From Methanomassiliicoccaceae archaeon (GTDB lineage Archaea; Thermoplasmatota; Thermoplasmata; Methanomassiliicoccales; Methanomassiliicoccaceae), in assembly GCA_040776945.1 (NCBI GenBank), contig JAXGZN010000001.1, forward strand, positions 224,001 to 288,000: DNA of 64,000 nt, written 5' to 3'. Numbering within the stretch: the stretch's first letter is position 1; each line of letters begins with the position of its first letter. The notes beneath the pieces were generated by a model, which was not told the origin of the DNA, did no database searches, and was given only the letters and a program-made list of their open reading frames with translations. Of this stretch, positions 19,446 through 28,758 are shown piece after piece. The position numbers and the translations under genes are program-made.

Positions 19446-19565
19446 TGGCGGGCTCGTCGGGAATTTCGCCTTCTCCAGAAGGTTTCGAACCCGAGACCAC
19501 TGACTTGCTTCCATGGCAGGCCACGGTAGAAGGCCAGTGCTATATCCAGGCTAAGCCACGAGCCC
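19446..19565 (-). tRNA. tRNA-Arg(TCT) with two 21-nt introns (37/38 and 59/60), encoded CCA
   Basis: GGGCTCG/CGAGCCC-G-CCA acceptor; CTGGC-CT-TCT-A|19506-19526|A-GTCAG; TCGGG-TTCGAA|19463-19483|T-CCCGA; both introns form BHB motifs. Confidence 0.92.
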
Positions 19566-19715
19566 GTAAACCCTCGATAGGGCTTTTGCAATAAAAGGTT
19601 TGGCCCACTGCCATGAGCACACACGCGGACCGAATTTGGCCTGGGCCCCCGCCATCGCCCTGGCCGCAACAAATAATGATATTGGCTTGAACGGCCTTTC
19701 CAGCCCGAAGATCAT

Positions 19716-20279
19716 ATGGATGTGAGCGACGCTGTTCAGCACCGGAGGGCCTTGCGGACGTTCGACCCCCGGCCAGTGGAGGAGGAGAAGGTCCGTGCCA
19801 TGATCGAGGCCATGCGATTGGCGCCGAGCTGCAATAATAACCAACCCTGGAGGCTGGTGGTCTGCTCAGGGAGCGTCCTGAGCAAGGTGAAGGAGTGCCT
19901 GAACCGGGGCAATGTCTGGGCTACCGCGGCGCCGCTGATAATGGTCCTTGCCGCCAAGCCGTCAGATGATTGCCGGCTGAACGAAGGCCGCGACTACTAT
20001 CTGTTCGGTTGCGGCATGGCCGTCGGCCAGATGCTCCTCCAGGCCACCGAGTTGGGGCTGACCGCGCATCCCATCGCGGGGTACGATCCGGTCATGGCCA
20101 GAGTAGTTTTAGGCATACCGAACGACTATGTGGTCATCGCGTTCATCATCTGTGGTTACCCCGGCGAGGACGACAGCCTCCTATCGGACAGGCAGAAGGT
20201 ACAGCAATTGCTGCGACCGGAGAGGCGACCGATCGGGCACGATTTCTTCCTGGATGCCTGGGGCCGCCCCATATCGTGA
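19716..20279 (+). CDS. Nitroreductase family protein
   Basis: RRALRTF, RLAPSCNNNQPW, QMLLQATELGL. Confidence 0.93.
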   Translation: MDVSDAVQHRRALRTFDPRPVEEEKVRAMIEAMRLAPSCNNNQPWRLVVCSGSVLSKVKECLNRGNVWATAAPLIMVLAAKPSDDCRLNEGRDYYLFGCGMAVGQMLLQATELGLTAHPIAGYDPVMARVVLGIPNDYVVIAFIICGYPGEDDSLLSDRQKVQQLLRPERRPIGHDFFLDAWGRPIS

Positions 20280-20298
20280 TTGTGCGAAGCGGGGGAGG

Positions 20299-21189
20299 TC
20301 ACAGCCCGAGCAGTCGCCGCATGTTCCCACCCAGCACCTTGGCCTTGGTATCTTCGTCAGCCCACGGCCGATCCCTGACAAAGTTCAGCCACATCTCCGA
20401 TGGGTAGGATAGGTCGAACAGCGGGAAATCGGTCCCGAAGGAGGCGCGGTCGGGAACCTTCTCCGCCACCTCCTTGAGCCGGGACATGCAGGTGTCGGGA
20501 TCGGAGGGCAGCCATCCCTGGAGGGCGGAGATGTCCGTGAAGCAGTTCGAATGCTTAGCACATAGCTCATAGGTCTCAGAACGATACTTCCCGCCGATAT
20601 GGGCAATGACCACCCGGAGGTCTGGATAGCGGTGCAGTACCTCATCGTAGAACGATGGCCTGGTGTATTTCTCGTCCAAAGGTCCCCAGGCCGCGCCGCC
20701 ATGGGTGATCACCACGAGCCCTAGGTCATCGGCATGCTCCCAGAACCTCTGAACCCGTTCCTCGTTGGGGTACCAACCGGTGGCTGGATATACCTTGATC
20801 CCGGGAGCATCGTACTTCTTCACAAACTTCTCCATGATGCTGATGGCCCGGTCCCCTCGCTGAGGATCGATGCCCACGAACGGAATGATGCGGTCTCGGT
20901 AAGGGGCCGCGCCCTCGAAGGCCCAAATATTGTACTGTTCGATGTCCACCCTTGCCTGGTCCACGAGGTTGTAATCGATGGGCAGCACCACCGCTCGGTC
21001 CACTTTGCCGGCGGACATCATCTCCAGCACCTTGTTGACGTCCACGCCATATTCAGGCCATACTTCCTCGGCGTCGACCTCCCAGTCGAAGAGGTCCTTG
21101 AGGGCGTTCAGCGGTTCCAGATAGGCCCGCACCATGGAATCGGGGAGGTGCTCCCTCATCCATATGTGAACATGGCTGTCGATTATCAT
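20299..21189 (-). CDS. Amidohydrolase_2 family metallo-hydrolase
   Basis: MIIDSHVH, GIKVYP, VITHGG, IAHIGG, FGTDFP, VLGGN. Confidence 0.92.
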   Translation of the reverse strand: MIIDSHVHIWMREHLPDSMVRAYLEPLNALKDLFDWEVDAEEVWPEYGVDVNKVLEMMSAGKVDRAVVLPIDYNLVDQARVDIEQYNIWAFEGAAPYRDRIIPFVGIDPQRGDRAISIMEKFVKKYDAPGIKVYPATGWYPNEERVQRFWEHADDLGLVVITHGGAAWGPLDEKYTRPSFYDEVLHRYPDLRVVIAHIGGKYRSETYELCAKHSNCFTDISALQGWLPSDPDTCMSRLKEVAEKVPDRASFGTDFPLFDLSYPSEMWLNFVRDRPWADEDTKAKVLGGNMRRLLGL

Positions 21190-21280
21190 CGCCTGTGCAT
21201 TCACCGTCGACCATTTAACGGTGTCTAGCCATACCGCTTGATTAATTATCCTCGGCCTCGATAGCGTTTCATGTGATGCA

Positions 21281-21598
21281 ATGAAGATGATTGTCCGCTT
21301 GACCTCCGAACTTCCGCCTGGCAAGATGACCACTGTGGACGTCCTGGGGCGGACGCTGCTAGTGGCCAATGTCGATGGTGCCTTCTTCGCGATGGACGGA
21401 ATATGCTCTCATGGCTTCGCCGACCTGTCCCGCGGACGACTGGACGGCTTCATGGTCGAGTGCCCAAGGCATTTCGCCCGCTACGATGTACGCGACGGCA
21501 AGCTCGTGCGCCGCCCTGTTGATGCCGAGGGACATGCCTTTGACCTCCGCTCCTATCCTGTCACCGTGGACAAGGACCGCATCATTGTGGACATATAG
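21281..21598 (+). CDS. Rieske [2Fe-2S] ferredoxin
   Basis: CSH...ECPRH Rieske ligands, LRSYPV C-terminus. Confidence 0.92.
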   Translation: MKMIVRLTSELPPGKMTTVDVLGRTLLVANVDGAFFAMDGICSHGFADLSRGRLDGFMVECPRHFARYDVRDGKLVRRPVDAEGHAFDLRSYPVTVDKDRIIVDI

Positions 21599-21637
21599 CA
21601 CGAAAACAGCTTATTGCCCAAGCCCCTTATCTAAGGC

Positions 21638-23182
21638 ATGTCCTTTCGCGAGGTTTCAATCCAGCGGGCCGCCGACGCCGACATCCTGGCCTCGCTGCAG
21701 GGCCTGTACCCGGTATCATGCGGTGATTCCATACGCCTCCTGTCGAGAAAGAGGATAATGGGCCTCATCGAAGAGGGGAGGCATGGCGGGAGCCCCGGAG
21801 ACGTTTCCCATTTGCTGAAGGCGCTGGAGTTCAACGGCGAGGCGGTCTTCCGCAACAGCTTCTCCCAGATGGCCTCAAGGAGCGTGGCCCTGCGTACCTC
21901 GACCATGTTCCGAATGTTGGAGGTCATGTCAAGAACCGGCGAAAGCCGAGACGATCTGATGCGCCGCCTCCTGGCGCCCCTGATATCCGATCTCCTCGAG
22001 GACCTGGCCGAGGACATCGACGAGGAGAAGAGGGAGCTTCTGCAGCTCTCACTGGAAGATTGGAAAAGCAAACGGATAGGCCAGGACGAGGTGGAAGCTG
22101 ATGATCTGGCGGGATCGTTCGAGGGCATCCCCTCGCCGCCCGTCCTGCGGATCAGGCTTGGCAGGAACGACCTGCCCGGGGAGCTGATGAAGTCCTCGAG
22201 GTACTTCTTGAAGAACCTGTTCCGATTGAACAACGTCCATGGGATGAACGAGTTCTACCATCCTCCCGAGGTCATCGAGAACTATTGGGAGGTTGTATCG
22301 CCGGAGCAGGGCGTGTTTCATCTCGAGATCTCCCCCGCCACGAAGAGCATCACCATCGGCCTGTACCGCACCTCCAGGTCCTTCGGCCTGATGAGGACGG
22401 AAAACCCCGATTACTATGACATGGCGGAGTTCCTTATCAGTGAGAAGCGCGCCCCCAACATTAAGGGCTGCCGTGTCGAGGTCCACGGAGCGACCGCCGC
22501 CGATGAGATCGTACTGCAGGAGGCCCTTAGCATAGATTCCATGCTGGTTGAGGACCCTTTGGCCGCCGGAGCGGCCGCCACCGTGCCCCGACCTATGAGC
22601 CCAGAGGGCCTCTCGGCCTTCCGCAACACGCTGATGCGGTTGACCGGGATAAGGTCGGAGGTGCGCTTCCCGGTGAACCTCCAGGACCCCTTTTGCGGTG
22701 ACCAGGACTTCTCCATTATAGGCTTCGATATCCGACTGGACCCCGACGTCGGCCGATTCATCATCGATGACGTGCCGGTACTGGAGGCTAACCTGAGCGG
22801 AGTAGGCCTGGCCTTCGCCTCGAGGCTCCTTGGACTGTCCAGACAGGTGTACCGCGACCCTCCCCGCTTCCCACAACCGGACCTCGATCTTCTTGATGCC
22901 GAGGTCCATGCTCTAATGGCCAAAGCGGAGCGCGAGGAGCTCACCGACGACCTGGCCCGGGAGATCGTGGCCAAGATAACCGTTCTGGACTACTATGAGT
23001 CGCTGGCCAGATACAGCTATGCCCTGGGCGAACAGCTGGTGCAGGTGCTCACAGGAAGGCAGAAGGTCACCTTCACCATCCCCCGAATCCTCCTTGCGCT
23101 CCTCAACGCTGCCATTGGGCCTGATGACCTGGAAGAGATGGTCCTCTTGGCCTTGAACGACAGGAGGGATGGGCCCCGGTGA
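21638..23182 (+). CDS. Hypothetical protein (514 aa)
   Basis: Long ORF with genome-like codon usage; GTGA overlap with the NYN gene; no family recognised. Confidence 0.75.
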   Translation: MSFREVSIQRAADADILASLQGLYPVSCGDSIRLLSRKRIMGLIEEGRHGGSPGDVSHLLKALEFNGEAVFRNSFSQMASRSVALRTSTMFRMLEVMSRTGESRDDLMRRLLAPLISDLLEDLAEDIDEEKRELLQLSLEDWKSKRIGQDEVEADDLAGSFEGIPSPPVLRIRLGRNDLPGELMKSSRYFLKNLFRLNNVHGMNEFYHPPEVIENYWEVVSPEQGVFHLEISPATKSITIGLYRTSRSFGLMRTENPDYYDMAEFLISEKRAPNIKGCRVEVHGATAADEIVLQEALSIDSMLVEDPLAAGAAATVPRPMSPEGLSAFRNTLMRLTGIRSEVRFPVNLQDPFCGDQDFSIIGFDIRLDPDVGRFIIDDVPVLEANLSGVGLAFASRLLGLSRQVYRDPPRFPQPDLDLLDAEVHALMAKAEREELTDDLAREIVAKITVLDYYESLARYSYALGEQLVQVLTGRQKVTFTIPRILLALLNAAIGPDDLEEMVLLALNDRRDGPR

Positions 23183-23943
23183 CCACGGTAGGCATCTACG
23201 TGGACGGACCTAACATGGAACGGGGACTCTATACATCGGGCGACCTCGCCATCCTTGAACGTATAGGGAGCCTTCTAATGGAACATGCCCAGACCATTGG
23301 CGAGGTCATCGAGGCGAAGGTCTTCCTGGACGAGGCCACGATGTGGAGGTCGCAGAAGACCCGCGAGGACTATGAGTTGAACGGCTTCTATTTCCAGGAG
23401 AGCAAATCCTTCAAACGGGTGGATAGCAGGACCGGGGCCTTCTCCTTCGGCAAGAGCCTGACCGACCCTTCCATGCACTGCGCCCTGGTCGATAGGCTCC
23501 ATGACCCCGACTGCCCTGACGTGATGATGCTGGTCACTGGGGACAAGGACATCACCGTTGTGCTGGACTACATACACGACCATGAGAAGCGGGCGGAGAT
23601 CGTCGGCGAGGCAAATTCCCTCTCCGCGTTCTTGGTGTCCAAGTGCGAGTCCATGGGGTTCGGCTGCCATGTCCTGCAGTTGCTAGCCCGGGGGAGCAAA
23701 CTGATGAGAGGGCAGCCAGCTGCGCAGGCGAGGGTCGATCCCCGGAAGTGCACCGGACTGAGGGTGACCGACGAATCTGGAAAGCAGGTGAGCACCCAGC
23801 TTTTCATGGAATACCGGAACGAGCGCTCAAACCAGAAGAACCCCAACAACATCGCCTACTGGCGGGCCCGGGGATATCGCGAGCGGCCTCCGGACTGGGA
23901 AGAAAGGCTGAAAAGGGAGAAAAGGAAACTGGCCGTTAAGTGA
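23179..23943 (+). CDS. NYN (LabA/DUF88, PIN-like) domain nuclease with basic C-terminal extension
   Basis: IYVDGPNM, KSLTD, LVTGDKDI, and an SAFL motif matching the NYN acidic catalytic pattern. Confidence 0.85.
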   Translation: MTTVGIYVDGPNMERGLYTSGDLAILERIGSLLMEHAQTIGEVIEAKVFLDEATMWRSQKTREDYELNGFYFQESKSFKRVDSRTGAFSFGKSLTDPSMHCALVDRLHDPDCPDVMMLVTGDKDITVVLDYIHDHEKRAEIVGEANSLSAFLVSKCESMGFGCHVLQLLARGSKLMRGQPAAQARVDPRKCTGLRVTDESGKQVSTQLFMEYRNERSNQKNPNNIAYWRARGYRERPPDWEERLKREKRKLAVK

Positions 23944-24376
23944 TCGCTGCGCTCCGGCCTCGACAGACCTCATATGGTCCTGCCTCCAGAGAGGGTTCGA
24001 GGGATCTAAGATGACCGCGGAAGGCGTTCTCCTCTCAATGTCCGTGTTGGACGTCAAGAGGGGAAGGGGAGGATGGGTTCGTGGATGCCTGGAGTTTGTT
24101 CGAGGAGTGGACCAGGACGACCTGCAGAGGCACGCTAGGTGCTAGCCCGTTGAAAGAGCGGACGTTCTCGCAGCGCTTTGTGACCGCCGGGCAATGGGGG
24201 GACGTGGGGATTCATGAAGTGGTGGGGAGAGAGGAGTTCGAAGGGTTCATGGGCCTGGCAAGAAAGCTGAGCGCTGACATCCGGCAGACGACCTTGGAAT
24301 CCATGACATAGGTCCCTGCCCTCGAGGCACCGGCCGGCCGATAAGGCCACGGCAGGAGAGCGATATTGGGGCAGAT

Positions 24377-25870
24377 TCACGGTTCTGGCGGGGGGTCTGG
24401 TGGGGGCTCGGGCCCTCGCACGGTGAAGATGGTCCCTCCGATGCTTCCGGAGGGCTCCGGCGATAGCGCCATGCCGGTGGACACGTCCTCTAGCCAGTAA
24501 TGTCCGTCGGCGGGCTGATATGCGCCGTTGTCCTCGCCTAGCTGCACCCTGACATGGACCTCGTGGGGACGGCCGTCATGTGTCCAAACGACGATGTATT
24601 CCCCAAGGCTGTTCGCCGTTAGTAGCGTCTCGCTGCCGTCCGTTCCTATTAACCACACGCTCGAGGCGTGCGGGCATTTGAGCACCGAGCGGACCTCTCC
24701 GCGATACTGGTCGTAGCGGCAGGAGTCCGCGAAGGAAATATTGTAGATCTTGCCAGGAACGAACGGGTCCTCGATATCAGTGGCCATAACGGTATCGAAC
24801 ATGCCGTAGGCTCCGGTTGAACCGTATATGGAATAGCTCGTGGCCGCGACGTCCGATATCCTCGCCCCGCTCCCTGCATCATGCGCATACAAGCGCATCC
24901 CGTGCATCCCTAGCTTGAACGTGGTCACCGACAGCGTGACGTTATGATAGATGGACACACCATCATAATGCCAGGTCCAGTTGCCGCCTGCCCTCGCAGG
25001 TTCATCTACTAGTACGCCATAGCAGCCCGCTGCGCCGTCCGAGATCAAAGGCACTGTTATCGACGGTCCGCTCTCGAATGAAGCTTGGACGATCACCTGG
25101 CCAGGAACGAGGTCTGGGAACTGGACGAACACGGCGATGTCGGCAGCGTCCCCGGCCCGGGTCACCTTGGCGATCACCTTGCCTGGGACCGGCTCACCAA
25201 AGAGAGGCGGGCCGCCATCGAAATATGCTGGCCTCAGGGGCAGCGTCTCATCGATCCTCAAGGAGACCACGGGGGCGGCCCTGACAGGGACCTCTGGGTC
25301 GGGTGTTGGCGGCTCAGGGGTCGGCGTCTCTTCCTTAGGTCCTGGGAGCGGCGTCTCTTCCTTAGGTCCTGGGAGCGGCTCCTCCGGTGCTTCTTCAACC
25401 TTAGGCGGGTCCGGTAGGTGTTGGCCTTGGGATGCGATCGGCATGATGGCCCTTAGGTAATGCTCTCCCCGCACCAGGTCGATGACGAATATCTCGATAT
25501 CGTCAAGCTCCTCGAACACTACAAGGAAGCTCCCGGTGGAGCCAGGGGCTACCGCGTCGGGACCGCGGCAGGAGGCATTGATCCGGGCCATCGTGGTCAG
25601 GGTGACGAACGCCCTCATGTCCTTGATGCTGATCGACGACCCCCGATGGTTTGTAACGTTCATCGGCACCTCGTAGCCTGTCGCCGTTCTCACCGCCAGG
25701 CCAGTTATCACTACGTCCACACCATCCATGGCCACAGCATCATTGGTGAGCGGAGCTGACGATGTTCTGGTCTCCGGTGTCCCGTAGACCATGGCCGCAG
25801 AGAGCACGATAAGCAATACCAGGCTGCTCACTACGAGTACCCTGACCTCATGTTTTCTGATCGTTCCCAT
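24377..25870 (-). CDS. Exported/cell-surface protein with Pro/Glu-rich linker
   Basis: N-terminal signal/TM, Ig-like N domain (VPMNVTNH...VAPGSTGSFLVVF), PLPGPKEET repeats, Pro-rich tail. Confidence 0.75.
   Translation of the reverse strand: MGTIRKHEVRVLVVSSLVLLIVLSAAMVYGTPETRTSSAPLTNDAVAMDGVDVVITGLAVRTATGYEVPMNVTNHRGSSISIKDMRAFVTLTTMARINASCRGPDAVAPGSTGSFLVVFEELDDIEIFVIDLVRGEHYLRAIMPIASQGQHLPDPPKVEEAPEEPLPGPKEETPLPGPKEETPTPEPPTPDPEVPVRAAPVVSLRIDETLPLRPAYFDGGPPLFGEPVPGKVIAKVTRAGDAADIAVFVQFPDLVPGQVIVQASFESGPSITVPLISDGAAGCYGVLVDEPARAGGNWTWHYDGVSIYHNVTLSVTTFKLGMHGMRLYAHDAGSGARISDVAATSYSIYGSTGAYGMFDTVMATDIEDPFVPGKIYNISFADSCRYDQYRGEVRSVLKCPHASSVWLIGTDGSETLLTANSLGEYIVVWTHDGRPHEVHVRVQLGEDNGAYQPADGHYWLEDVSTGMALSPEPSGSIGGTIFTVRGPEPPPDPPPEP
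25322..25379. repeat. 27-bp tandem repeat x2 (PLPGPKEET)
   Basis: CGGCGTCTCTTCCTTAGGTCCTGGGAG at 25322 and 25349. Confidence 0.9.
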
Positions 25871-26016
25871 CCCTTCCTAGGTCCCGAGGTCGCTCCCGGG
25901 CGGATGGGAGAATGACCTGGGAATACAAATATCTAATTAGATAATGATAAGTATCGAGAAATAATATGCCCGGTCCGCATCAGCGATACGACAGGGCCAG
26001 TATAGGAAGATTGAGG

Positions 26017-26724
26017 ATGGACCGAGAGAAGAGGATGGAACGGGTCAGGGCTAACTTTGCAGCCGGGTCGAACGATTACGATGACCGCATCCGGAAGATC
26101 GTCCCCCGATACGACGAGATGCTTTGCGCACTGGTGGGGAGTGCGGCCTTAAAAGAAGGAGAGGCGCTCAGGGCTCTGGACATCGGATGCGGCACTGGTG
26201 CGGCGTCCTCTCTGCTGCTGAAGGCCCATCCGAAGATCGAACTTACTTGCTTGGACATGACCGAGAGCATGCTGGATCTGGCCAGAAGGAGACTGGCGGA
26301 CCAAGATGCGCGGTTCGTCCTTGCCGACGTCCATGATTTCGAGCCCGATGGCCCATATGATGCCGTGATATCTTCGCTGGCATTGCACCACGTGGTGACC
26401 GATGCGGACAAGAGAACGCTATATCGGAAGATCTTCAGCGCCCTCGCTCCAGGCGGCTCTTTCTACAACGCGGACATCGTGCTTGGTTCCGACGATTCCA
26501 TCCAGGAGATATACATGATGCGGTGGAAGGAGCATATGTACAGAAGCTTCTCGGCCGAGGAGGTCGACGTCGTCAATGTGCCCCGTTATCTTCGCGAGGA
26601 CAATCCTTCAAAGCTGATGGACCACCTTCGATGGCTCGAGGAGGCGGGATTTGAAGCGGTCGATGTGATATGGAAGCACTATAATTTCGCGGTGTACGGA
26701 GGAAAGAAGAGGGCAGTTCCATGA
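26017..26724 (+). CDS. Class I SAM-dependent methyltransferase (CmoA-like)
   Basis: LDIGCGTG, YDAVISSLALHH, LAPGGSFYNAD. Confidence 0.9.
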   Translation: MDREKRMERVRANFAAGSNDYDDRIRKIVPRYDEMLCALVGSAALKEGEALRALDIGCGTGAASSLLLKAHPKIELTCLDMTESMLDLARRRLADQDARFVLADVHDFEPDGPYDAVISSLALHHVVTDADKRTLYRKIFSALAPGGSFYNADIVLGSDDSIQEIYMMRWKEHMYRSFSAEEVDVVNVPRYLREDNPSKLMDHLRWLEEAGFEAVDVIWKHYNFAVYGGKKRAVP

Positions 26725-27117
26725 TCATTCGAGTCCCGAACGGCGGGGAGCGTCCGCAGCGGTCTCGGGAGCGTCCTCCTTCTCCGCCTCGAAGGTCAGG
26801 ACCGCCGACCCGTCAGGCGCGAGCATGGTGAGCGTTTCCCCGCCCTCCTCTACCCTGCTGACCATGTCCAGTGCCTGGAAGAAGGCGCTCTCAACGTGCA
26901 TGGAGCCCTCACAGTACATCAGGGTCGACCCCAGAGGACCGAACCTTATCTCCGAGCCGTCGAGGGAATATTTCCCGAAGAACCTATTGCATCCGCCCCT
27001 TCCGTACGCTCGATCATCGTTGCCAAGCACGATGTATGCGCCTGCATTCTCCACCCCTGCTATTCGTTCGCCATCAAGAACGATCGCCTGGAGACACCAT
27101 CTCCTGCCCCGAAGCAT
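26725..27117 (-). CDS. META/HslJ domain protein
   Basis: GRGGCNRFFGKY, FGPLGSTLMYC, ESAFFQAL. Confidence 0.9.
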   Translation of the reverse strand: MLRGRRWCLQAIVLDGERIAGVENAGAYIVLGNDDRAYGRGGCNRFFGKYSLDGSEIRFGPLGSTLMYCEGSMHVESAFFQALDMVSRVEEGGETLTMLAPDGSAVLTFEAEKEDAPETAADAPRRSGLE

Positions 27118-27390
27118 GCTTGATCCCCTGTGACGAATCTGCATATAAGGAATATGAAATTTCACTTGATGCGGCATTGCATAGGGGGCTGAGGGTCGAA
27201 GCCTAGGGCGAACGTTGGAACATCAAGGACCGTGCCCGACCCTTGATCCCCTTACTGGCCATCGCCGGCAACGTGGAAGGAACGGGGCCTTGCTCATGGG
27301 CCAAGGGGTCTCGACATGGAAAAAAGAGGTTCGGATGCGGCAGGCCATGTGAGCTTTGCCAGTTAATGAAAAAAGAGGGATGCCGACCGT

Positions 27391-27744
27391 TCAGTGGCAT
27401 CCTCGGACGTGGTCCCGGTCCCTCTCTGCCGTAGCGACGCGGTCCTGGTTGGGGCAGGACGCGCTGCATTGGCAAGCGAGCCGGGGAGCGTGGTCGCAGG
27501 CCGCTGTCCTGTCCGCAGCCATTTCACAGGTTCCCCGATGCTCGTGACAATCGTTCGATGTGCATTCTCCGTTCCTATGGCCCATGCCATGCCCGTTCAA
27601 TGCATCCGTTCCACCATGGCCGTTCATGATGCCGAACCCGTCGCCGGCATGTCCGCCGCTCGCTACCGCTCCGCCCGCGAGGGCGATGGCCGCGACGGCG
27701 CAGACGGCCGCGACAAGCGCGGCGACCTTGATCGCTGTTCTCAT
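27391..27744 (-). CDS. Small secreted Gly/His/Cys-rich protein
   Basis: Signal peptide MRTAIKVAALVAAVCAVAAIALA, GHG repeats, Cys residues, RDRDH tail. Confidence 0.55.
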   Translation of the reverse strand: MRTAIKVAALVAAVCAVAAIALAGGAVASGGHAGDGFGIMNGHGGTDALNGHGMGHRNGECTSNDCHEHRGTCEMAADRTAACDHAPRLACQCSASCPNQDRVATAERDRDHVRGCH

Positions 27745-27858
27745 TTTCGTACACCTTCCGGGCCTTTGCCCAATGGGATTTTCAAGGGTGAAAGAGCATT
27801 TAGCTCTGTTCCTTGCAAGAGGTGAAAGGGGTGAAAGAGGTGGGTCTGGACCATCGAT

Positions 27859-28524
27859 CTAGACATCTATCTGTATCCGGACCTTGTTGCCCATCCCATT
27901 GCGTTCTTTGACCACGAGGCCTTTCTCCACCAGCCTGTCTAGGACCCTTGACACCTTGGCCTCCGACATCTTGGTGGTGAGGACTATGTCGCGCTGCAGC
28001 ACCTCGCCGCCCGACTCCTTGATGGTCCGGAAGACGGTCCGTTCATCCCCGTTCAGAAGTCGTAGTACAAGGGAGCTCTCCATTTCAGGCACCTGATATG
28101 TTGAGGCGGTCTCTGCTGCCTCGGGTGGGTTCGTGAGCGCTGATGAAGGTGCGGCCATCCCGTTGCCTCCGGTCGATGCAGGACCGGGGCCGCGTTGCTC
28201 GTACAATACCGTTGGCGTCTCCTCATGCCTAACGTACGGTCCTGGTTCCCAGAAGGGGGTCCGGGGGAAGGGTGCCGTTCCGTAAGGCCGCCACATGGCA
28301 ACGAAGATCGCCCCGGAGGCGAACATCATGGCGCCGACCATCGCCATGAACATATTGGTGAGCGTATAGTAGCGGAATCCGGTAGAACCGCCCATCATGC
28401 CTCCGTGTTCGCCGGACGCACCTGCTCCGCTCTGGAAGGCCATGAGCGAATAGATCATCAACATCAGGCCTGCCGCTGCGATCAATGCTGCTAGCACTCG
28501 AGCATTGTTCGTTCTATGTTCCAT
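27859..28524 (-). CDS. Membrane-anchored winged-HTH protein
   Basis: Two TM helices around HGGMMGG; C-terminal GGEVLQRDIV..MSEAKVSRVLDRLVEKGLVVKERNGMGN. Confidence 0.85.
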   Translation of the reverse strand: MEHRTNNARVLAALIAAAGLMLMIYSLMAFQSGAGASGEHGGMMGGSTGFRYYTLTNMFMAMVGAMMFASGAIFVAMWRPYGTAPFPRTPFWEPGPYVRHEETPTVLYEQRGPGPASTGGNGMAAPSSALTNPPEAAETASTYQVPEMESSLVLRLLNGDERTVFRTIKESGGEVLQRDIVLTTKMSEAKVSRVLDRLVEKGLVVKERNGMGNKVRIQIDV

Positions 28525-28758
28525 GCGCTCCTCCCCTCTGCCATTGAAGTACTTATCCTGTTCGGTCTCTACATCGGCACTTCATAGCCATTAATGTCGG
28601 TCGATCGATGAGACGACGTGCAGCGATGGACGAGCGAGCGTCGGCACCTTCGACCGTTGGTCCTTTTTAGATCGCGGACCTATCATGAAGGATGCGTTGT
28701 AGGAGCATATGCATTTGCATTTGCTGCGGACCATATGATATCGAGAAATACGGGAGAT

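Noticed and set aside
18965-19672. ORF-track calls across the tRNA-Trp/eL41/tRNA-Arg region
   Set aside because: Fully explained by the two tRNAs and rpl41e on the minus strand
24081-24311. 76-aa ORF after the NYN gene as a third system component
   Set aside because: Separated by about 140 nt, with no recognisable motif and a weak start; cannot be supported
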